Origin: Candidatus Pacearchaeota archaeon
GTDB lineage: Archaea; Nanobdellota; Nanobdellia; Pacearchaeales; GW2011-AR1
DNA length: 64,000 bases
Direction: 5' to 3'
NCBI GenBank assembly: GCA_018303855.1
Contig: JAGVXI010000013.1
Coordinates: 34,735-98,734 of the forward strand
A model generated the notes under the pieces. The model was not told the DNA's origin and did not search any database. It saw nothing but the letters and a program-made list of their open reading frames with translations. A program made the position numbers and the translations under genes. The first letter of the stretch is position 1. The number at the start of each line of letters is the position of its first letter. Below, piece after piece: positions 58,474 through 64,000 of this stretch.

Positions 58474-58968
58474 TTATTCCTTACAGCAATCCAAAAGCTT
58501 TTTTATTGAAGAAAAAATCTTGCTTTCTCCTTTTTTATCAGCAACTGCTTCTATTACCTCTTTTCCAGGAGAATTTAATGCCCAAAACAATGCATAAAGC
58601 TCTGCTGAATCCTTGTAAAGTGACTTTGCTTCTTTTTCTTTTCCTTCTTGCAATAATCTGTTCCCAACTTCATATAACCTCATGCTTGAAGCTAAAAAAT
58701 GCTTGCTCATGCACCACTTTTCGCTTTCATCATTGTCTTTAACTATTAAAGCAAGAAGCTTTTTCCTCAATTCTCTTACAGTTTTTAATATATCAAGAAA
58801 TTTATCATCCTGGGTTTTTACATAACTAAAAAAACAATGCTCTTCCAATGATACAAGGTTCATTAAAGCTATGCTCAAATCCTCCCACGCACTTATATCT
58901 AATCTATCTTTAGATTTTATCTTTTCGATGCTGTTAATAAAATTTTTAACCTCCATTTTAAAGAGCAA
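58474..58968 (-). CDS. hypothetical protein
   Basis: 164-aa ORF. No motif. Confidence 0.3.
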   Translation of the reverse strand: MLFKMEVKNFINSIEKIKSKDRLDISAWEDLSIALMNLVSLEEHCFFSYVKTQDDKFLDILKTVRELRKKLLALIVKDNDESEKWCMSKHFLASSMRLYEVGNRLLQEGKEKEAKSLYKDSAELYALFWALNSPGKEVIEAVADKKGESKIFSSIKKLLDCCKE

Positions 58969-59554
58969 ATTGAATTATTAAAGCTGCAACAACTAGCAAG
59001 AAGAAAGTTAATAAAATCCCTTGAAATGGGATATTTCTTCCATACATTTTTTGCTTAATTTTTTTATTTAATCCAGGCGAAACAAATACAATAATTGCCC
59101 CAAGTAAACTGCTTGTTAAAGAATAATTGACAGCATAGGTTACTCCATACTCTCCAATAAATGGAAGGTATAGTGGTCCTATTGCTTTAAATATAGGCAA
59201 TAATGGCAACAAAGTTGTTAAAAAAACAATTGTTATAATCGCTGTTTTTTGAAATGGAATATACCTCTTTTTTGGGATCCTTGCAAACCACATACCCATT
59301 GACATTGCAAAAGCTCCTATAAACAAAGCAATAATTACCTTGCTAATTCCAAGCCAAACAGCTCCTGCAGCAGCTGCCCCTGCTCCAATTGTGCATAAAG
59401 GGCAATGTGCAGAGATAAATTCCAGGGAACTTATTAGCATAAAAGGCAATATTGTTGATAGTAAAACCCCCTTATTATCTTTGTTCTTTAATTTAAACAT
59501 GACAGTTAACGTACTTTTAATGCTTAATGTCCAATTAAAACTTTTTTTTAACAT
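58958..59554 (-). CDS. DsbB-like membrane protein (CPLC in first extracytoplasmic loop)
   Basis: AHCPLCTIGAGAAAAGAVWLGI resembles the DsbB/BdbC CxxC region. About 4 TM. Inference. Confidence 0.4.
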   Translation of the reverse strand: MLKKSFNWTLSIKSTLTVMFKLKNKDNKGVLLSTILPFMLISSLEFISAHCPLCTIGAGAAAAGAVWLGISKVIIALFIGAFAMSMGMWFARIPKKRYIPFQKTAIITIVFLTTLLPLLPIFKAIGPLYLPFIGEYGVTYAVNYSLTSSLLGAIIVFVSPGLNKKIKQKMYGRNIPFQGILLTFFLLVVAALIIQFAL

Positions 59555-59555
59555 T

Positions 59556-60038
59556 TTATATCCTCATGAATTCTTCATAACTTCCATCATTATTCACAGC
59601 ATAAACAACAAAATCTCCGGTTTTTTTACCAAGCATTCCTGGCGCGCCAGAAGGCATCCCAGGCATTGCAATTCCCTTAATATCTGGTTTTTCTTGTAAA
59701 AGTTTTTCAATAGCCTCTAAAGGAACATGCCCTTCCACAAAATAATTTCCAATAATAACTGTATGACAACTTTCCATTTCAGATGGAATTCCATACTGCT
59801 TCTTAATTGAATCTAAAGATTCTAGATTTACAACCTGGGTATTTGGATTTCCCTTGCTTTTAAAATAAGTAATATAAACATCGCAACACCCGCAGCTCAT
59901 GGATTTATAAACTTTCATTTCACCATTAAAACTGCCAATGGTTTCAAAACTGCTCACACTATTGCGTGTAAAAATAAAAGCCAATGCTATTAGTATTACT
60001 ATGCTTCCAATTACCCAAACTAGTGTTTTCTTTTTCAT
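59556..60038 (-). CDS. CopG/DUF411 family copper-binding protein
   Basis: N-terminal TM, then SCGCC (CxCC) and C-terminal MPGMPSGAPGM motif. Confidence 0.55.
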   Translation of the reverse strand: MKKKTLVWVIGSIVILIALAFIFTRNSVSSFETIGSFNGEMKVYKSMSCGCCDVYITYFKSKGNPNTQVVNLESLDSIKKQYGIPSEMESCHTVIIGNYFVEGHVPLEAIEKLLQEKPDIKGIAMPGMPSGAPGMLGKKTGDFVVYAVNNDGSYEEFMRI

Positions 60039-60093
60039 CTTCTTTAATTTATCCTAATTGTAAGAATAAAAAAATAAAAATTGTTTAGTTTAG

Positions 60094-60258
60094 TTAGCAG
60101 CCGCCAACCATTCCGCCATAACTGCTTTTCGCAACTTGTCCTGCTGATTGTCCTGCAGAGATAACCCCTCCAGTTGGGGAGCTTCTGAAAAACACAACAT
60201 AGATAACCGCTAAAACAAGTATAGCAATTACAATCCATAAGATTAACTTTTTATCCAT
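60094..60258 (-). CDS. small membrane-anchored protein ending in M-V-G-G-C
   Basis: MDKKLILWIVIAILVLAVIYVVFFRSSPTGGVISAGQSAGQVAKSSYGGMVGGC. Not in the ORF track (54 aa). The overlapping track ORF 60044-60238 is in the wrong frame. Confidence 0.4.
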   Translation of the reverse strand: MDKKLILWIVIAILVLAVIYVVFFRSSPTGGVISAGQSAGQVAKSSYGGMVGGC

Positions 60259-60332
60259 TATATTGTTTTTAAAATTTATTTCCTCCTTTCATCTTTTCTT
60301 TACTGAATGTGAAAAAACAACAATCTGCCATT

Positions 60333-60548
60333 TTAACATCCCCCAACCATTGTTGGTGCGCCATTTAGATTACTGCTTTGCTGAACTCTTGCAGGAATGG
60401 TTCCATGCATTTCATAATTCATTACTTCGTTGGCTGTCCAACCAGTTGTATCAATTTTTCCAGCTCCTCCTCTGAATAGAATTACATAAATAACTGCAAT
60501 TACAAGTATAGCAATTACCATCCATAAAACCACATTTTTTGTATCCAT
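60333..60548 (-). CDS. small membrane-anchored protein ending in M-V-G-G-C
   Basis: MDTKNVVLWMVIAILVIAVIYVILFRGG...NLNGAPTMVGGC. The N-terminus is paralogous to 60094-60258. Confidence 0.45.
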   Translation of the reverse strand: MDTKNVVLWMVIAILVIAVIYVILFRGGAGKIDTTGWTANEVMNYEMHGTIPARVQQSSNLNGAPTMVGGC

Positions 60549-60632
60549 GTTTTTTCTCCTATTTTCTTTGATTGATTAAGAATAGTTAATTTTTAACATG
60601 CTAAAGGGAAAAATAAAAAATAAAAGCCCCGT

Positions 60633-61313
60633 TTAGCAACCACCAACCATCCCTCCAGATGCCTGGCCCTTTTCAATTCCTCTGTATTTATTGCTTGCCA
60701 AGTTAATGTAGTTGATTTCAATTCCCTGACTTTTTAATACCTGAGCTTTACCTTCATGAATTCCTGGGAAAAACAAAACTTTCCATTTCCCTACTTCTTC
60801 AAGTATCTCTTCATCTGTGAATTCATCTCCATGGTAAAGAATCAAGTACTTTGCCACTCCACGCATAGCATAACTGTGAGCACATCCACATGCTGGTTCT
60901 CCATTCTCAAATATAACAGCTCTTGCTCCACAGCAAAATTCGCATGAGATTCCATTCTCTAACTTATAAAGAATGTTAACATATCTCTCAAAGTTAGCGC
61001 CTGTAAGTGTTTCACTCATATCAATCTTTCCCAAAGTATTTATTGTTTTATCGGCAAGTTGAGGGTTATTTGGGGAAATATCATCATACTTGATTTTCAA
61101 TTCTTCTCCATACACCCTTGGTATCCCTGTTGGAATTATCTCAGAAGCCGGAATAGTTTCAATAACCTGTCCTGTAAACGAACTATCTCCGCCAGGCGAT
61201 TTGCCAAAACTAAACATTAGTAAGCCAGCAAGGACAATCACTGCAGCAATCTGCATGTAAAATCCAGTATTTGACTTGGTTTTTTCCTTTTCGTTTTCTT
61301 CTGTTTCTGCCAT
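60633..61313 (-). CDS. membrane-anchored Cys-rich protein ending in M-V-G-G-C
   Basis: N-terminal TM, SCEFCCGARAVIFENGEPACGCAHS motif, C-terminal ...ASGGMVGGC. Confidence 0.45.
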   Translation of the reverse strand: MAETEENEKEKTKSNTGFYMQIAAVIVLAGLLMFSFGKSPGGDSSFTGQVIETIPASEIIPTGIPRVYGEELKIKYDDISPNNPQLADKTINTLGKIDMSETLTGANFERYVNILYKLENGISCEFCCGARAVIFENGEPACGCAHSYAMRGVAKYLILYHGDEFTDEEILEEVGKWKVLFFPGIHEGKAQVLKSQGIEINYINLASNKYRGIEKGQASGGMVGGC

Positions 61314-61520
61314 TTTTTTTATATTTATTTAATTAATAAACTCAGGAAAAAAATGTTTATATACCTTTAGGAGAAACTAGTTTCAGTAATAATTTAATGA
61401 GTTTTCAAGAAACCCAATTAATTTAGTTGTTGATAGATTATGTTTAACAAATTTTTGAAATTTATATATTATGATGGATAGAATTATCTTCTTACAGATT
61501 TATTTAACCAACAATAAATT

Positions 61521-62069
61521 TCACCTAATAAAATCCTCAATTCTTTCCTTATCATATTCTTCAAGCACTTCAATTTCCCCAAGTTTTGTTAAAGCTATCT
61601 TTGCGTCCATGTTTTTAAATGGCGCAACATAAACATAATCATACGTGTTTGTGAATGCCTCGAGGTTTTCAATTAATCCTTCCTCGCACATGAAATCCTC
61701 ACAATTATAATTAATTACTGCTCCTGGTCTGCCAACTCCATCGGCATGTTCAAGCATATGTTTTTGAATAAGGAGATTCATTGGTTCTTTCATAATATGT
61801 GAAGGAGGATTTTCTTCTATGTGCCCCTGCATATCTGTTGGGGGAAGGATTTTTAGATTAGAGATAACAAAATAAATCCCAAAAACGATCACAGCAAGAA
61901 TAATTAAAAATATCACCAAATTTTTAGTTTTTTTAACAGGAAAGGGTTTTTTTAATTTTTGAGATTGTTCCGGATGTTTGGCAAAATTATGGCTTTCTAA
62001 ACCTTCTTTGCTCCCAAATGTTTTATTACAGAGAGCACATATTATTAATTCTTCCATTTTATTTTTCAC
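61521..62069 (-). CDS. single-pass membrane protein with N-terminal C2H2 zinc finger
   Basis: CALCNKTFGSKEGLESHNFAKH (C-x2-C-x12-H-x4-H), then TM, then ectodomain with HIMKE...HMLEH...YNCEDFMCEEG. Confidence 0.4.
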   Translation of the reverse strand: MKNKMEELIICALCNKTFGSKEGLESHNFAKHPEQSQKLKKPFPVKKTKNLVIFLIILAVIVFGIYFVISNLKILPPTDMQGHIEENPPSHIMKEPMNLLIQKHMLEHADGVGRPGAVINYNCEDFMCEEGLIENLEAFTNTYDYVYVAPFKNMDAKIALTKLGEIEVLEEYDKERIEDFIR

Positions 62070-62121
62070 TATTATATTATTTAGCCTGTATTTAATTACT
62101 TATCTCATGATTCCATTTTTC

Positions 62122-62937
62122 TTACCGCTTTATCTTCCACAATAATAAGATGATTAAGATGTAGTAAGCATAACTAATTAACTCTAACAATGAAGGGTCT
62201 CCATTATACCCAAACAGTTCTTTAAATAATCCTCCAATGCCTCCTTTTTCATGAAGCAAAGGATAACTGCCATCAGGATTTACTTCTGGATTAATATCCC
62301 AAACATGTTCTACGATAGCTGGGAGTATGCCAGCCTCTTGAAATTCATGAATACTCTGGGCAACAAGTCCTGCTGAAAATAAAATAAGGAGTATGCTTGT
62401 TATAGTGAAAAAATATTTTATGTTAATTTTCATTGAACCTACAAAAAGCAGGTAACCTAAGAATATTGCAGCTATTACCCCTAAAAATGCCCACATAAAA
62501 TTAAATCCAGCTGACGCAAAACTTGCTGCACCTAAAAAAATGACTGTTTCAATTCCTTCTCTTAAAACAGCAATAAAAACCAATAAAAATAATCCCACTT
62601 TGCTTGCTTCTTCAATATTTTTTAAGACTCTTTGTTTTATATCTTCTGCAATGTGCTTCTGCCTTATCATCCATAGAATCATTGTTGTTAACAAAACAGC
62701 TCCAACAAGCATTGTTATTCCTTCAAATATCTCTTCTTCTTTTCCTCCAAATCCGCCATAAATCTCAATAAAGATTAGCGCTCCAATAATGCTTGTAACT
62801 ATCCCAAAACCAATTCCAACATAAACTACATTGTTATACTTTGTTTGCTTTGTCCTTGCAAGATAACTTAGAACAATCCCAACTACTAAAGCCACTTCTA
62901 AAGTTTCTCTAAATGTTATAATAAATTCTGATATCAT
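62122..62937 (-). CDS. FTR1-family high-affinity iron permease (EfeU-like)
   Basis: Two RExxE motifs (FRETLEV and LREGIETVIFL) in a polytopic membrane protein. Confidence 0.7.
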   Translation of the reverse strand: MISEFIITFRETLEVALVVGIVLSYLARTKQTKYNNVVYVGIGFGIVTSIIGALIFIEIYGGFGGKEEEIFEGITMLVGAVLLTTMILWMIRQKHIAEDIKQRVLKNIEEASKVGLFLLVFIAVLREGIETVIFLGAASFASAGFNFMWAFLGVIAAIFLGYLLFVGSMKINIKYFFTITSILLILFSAGLVAQSIHEFQEAGILPAIVEHVWDINPEVNPDGSYPLLHEKGGIGGLFKELFGYNGDPSLLELISYAYYILIILLLWKIKR

Positions 62938-63026
62938 TTTTTAAAAAATTGCAGGAATGAGGTTATTTTTATTGATGCTGTTAATTTAATCTGCCTAAAA
63001 CTCTGCAAACACTAACTTTTGCCATT

Positions 63027-63506
63027 CTAATTCTTTAGTACAACAATGTTATTCATGCCTCTGCGCTTTCTTTCTATAAGTTGTTTAGCCTCTAATTTAT
63101 CTAATAGCCTTGTGACTTTTACTTTTCCGATTCCCATTTTTTCCATTAAAGAAGCTTGAAATATTGCCCCATTTTCCTCTTGAAGCAAACTTATCACCTT
63201 CTTTTCCTCTTTATCCAAATTTTTTAAGTCGAGCTTCTTTTTCTTTTCTTTTTCTTTAATTTTCTGCACAACTATTTTTTCAGGCTGTTTAGTAAACATT
63301 AAGAATAATCCAATGATAAAAACCAACCCAGCAATTGATAAACTAATCCATGTTTGAACACCAATAGTATCAAACATTGAGCATGTAGGGCCATGGGTGC
63401 ATGTTTGCCCAACAATGCTTTTTAATGCAGAATTAAAAATTAGCACAATCGCCACTATAACCACTGCAATCCCAATAACAAGATAACCCACATTTTTATT
63501 CTCCAT
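63027..63506 (-). CDS. membrane-anchored winged-HTH protein
   Basis: TM region containing CTHGPTC, then C-terminal ...VTRLLDKLEAKQLIERKRRGMNNIVVL. Confidence 0.45.
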   Translation of the reverse strand: MENKNVGYLVIGIAVVIVAIVLIFNSALKSIVGQTCTHGPTCSMFDTIGVQTWISLSIAGLVFIIGLFLMFTKQPEKIVVQKIKEKEKKKKLDLKNLDKEEKKVISLLQEENGAIFQASLMEKMGIGKVKVTRLLDKLEAKQLIERKRRGMNNIVVLKN

Positions 63507-63525
63507 TTTTTATGTATTCAAAACC

Positions 63526-63999
63526 CTATCCTTCAACAATTATTTTTCCTTTCATATAAGGATGCGGTTTACAATGGTATGCATAAGTCCCTGGATTATT
63601 AAATGTTTTTGCATAAGTTTCTCCATTTTTTAATAAAGGAGAATCTATTTCATTGCCAGTATCTGAAGTAACTGTATGCCCTACACTATCCATATTTGTC
63701 CAAACAACTGAAGTTCCAGCTTTTATCTTTAATTCTTTTGGTGAATAATCAAAACCTTTAATAACCACACTCTCGGTTTTAGCATATTCTGCACTACCAG
63801 CATCTATATCCCCAGCATCAATATTATCCACACTAATCTCATTGGTGTTTTCGTTTCCAGTATTATCTATGTTTGTATCAGCTGTTCCACCATTATCTTT
63901 CATCGTATTTGTTGTATTATTAGGAGTTATTAGAAAATAACCTGCTACAGCAACAATTAAAACCACAGCTATTATGCCTACTATTAGACTTGTTTTCAT
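63526..63999 (-). CDS. cupredoxin (plastocyanin/azurin-like blue copper protein), membrane anchored
   Basis: GHTVTS ... YAYHCKPHPYMKG provides the His, Cys, His, Met type-1 Cu ligand set. Confidence 0.7.
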   Translation of the reverse strand: MKTSLIVGIIAVVLIVAVAGYFLITPNNTTNTMKDNGGTADTNIDNTGNENTNEISVDNIDAGDIDAGSAEYAKTESVVIKGFDYSPKELKIKAGTSVVWTNMDSVGHTVTSDTGNEIDSPLLKNGETYAKTFNNPGTYAYHCKPHPYMKGKIIVEG

Positions 64000-64000
64000 T

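Noticed and set aside
60044-60238. Track ORF MDCNCYTCFSGYLCC... (64 aa)
   Set aside because: It is in a different frame from the MVGGC-ending ORF at 60094-60258 that is paralogous to the neighbouring gene, so it is judged spurious.

Overview
AT-rich (about 33% GC) 64-kb window that looks archaeal, probably from a small-genome DPANN-like lineage. The archaeal assignment rests on ribosomal protein L10e, an archaeal-type GluRS N-terminus, Dph2, archaeal class-I FBP aldolase and TIM, and BRE/TATA promoters with leaderless starts. Coding density is high on both strands. Recognisable content: (1) housekeeping and central-carbon genes (rpl10e, gltX, trxB, dph2, trhO, rpiB, rpe, a fused transketolase, nagB, nadA, FBP aldolase, tpiA, pyrD); (2) many small toxin-antitoxin-like modules (MNT/HEPN x2, RelE/ParE x2 plus one toxin remnant, DUF4258/DUF2283, a further RelE-like pair) and a type II R-M system; (3) three paralogous NYN/LabA-like genes, each flanked by a related GC-rich hairpin; (4) a sugar and glycan cluster (GT4, GH130, six-hairpin glycosidases, a GT4-glycosidase fusion, TrmB regulator, LmbE deacetylase); (5) from about 42 kb to the end, a large metal (Cu/Fe) and thiol-redox island. 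The island holds CopA, glutaredoxin, DsbA, a DsbB-like membrane protein, CopG/DUF411, FTR1 permease, cupredoxin, several ArsR regulators, and a segmentally duplicated cassette (ArsR, small SAM-MTase, secreted small protein, Met/Gly-rich tail-anchored protein, small TM protein, DUF302). A run of three genes ends in a conserved C-terminal M-V-G-G-C. Several genes are disrupted: an in-frame TGA in an ABC exporter, an in-frame TAG in nadA, a frameshift in dph2, a C-terminally truncated GluRS, a frameshifted zinc ribbon, and a DsbA-like gene truncated by a repeat element. A modular palindromic MITE-like repeat occurs twice in inverted orientation. No tRNA, rRNA or CRISPR array was recognised.
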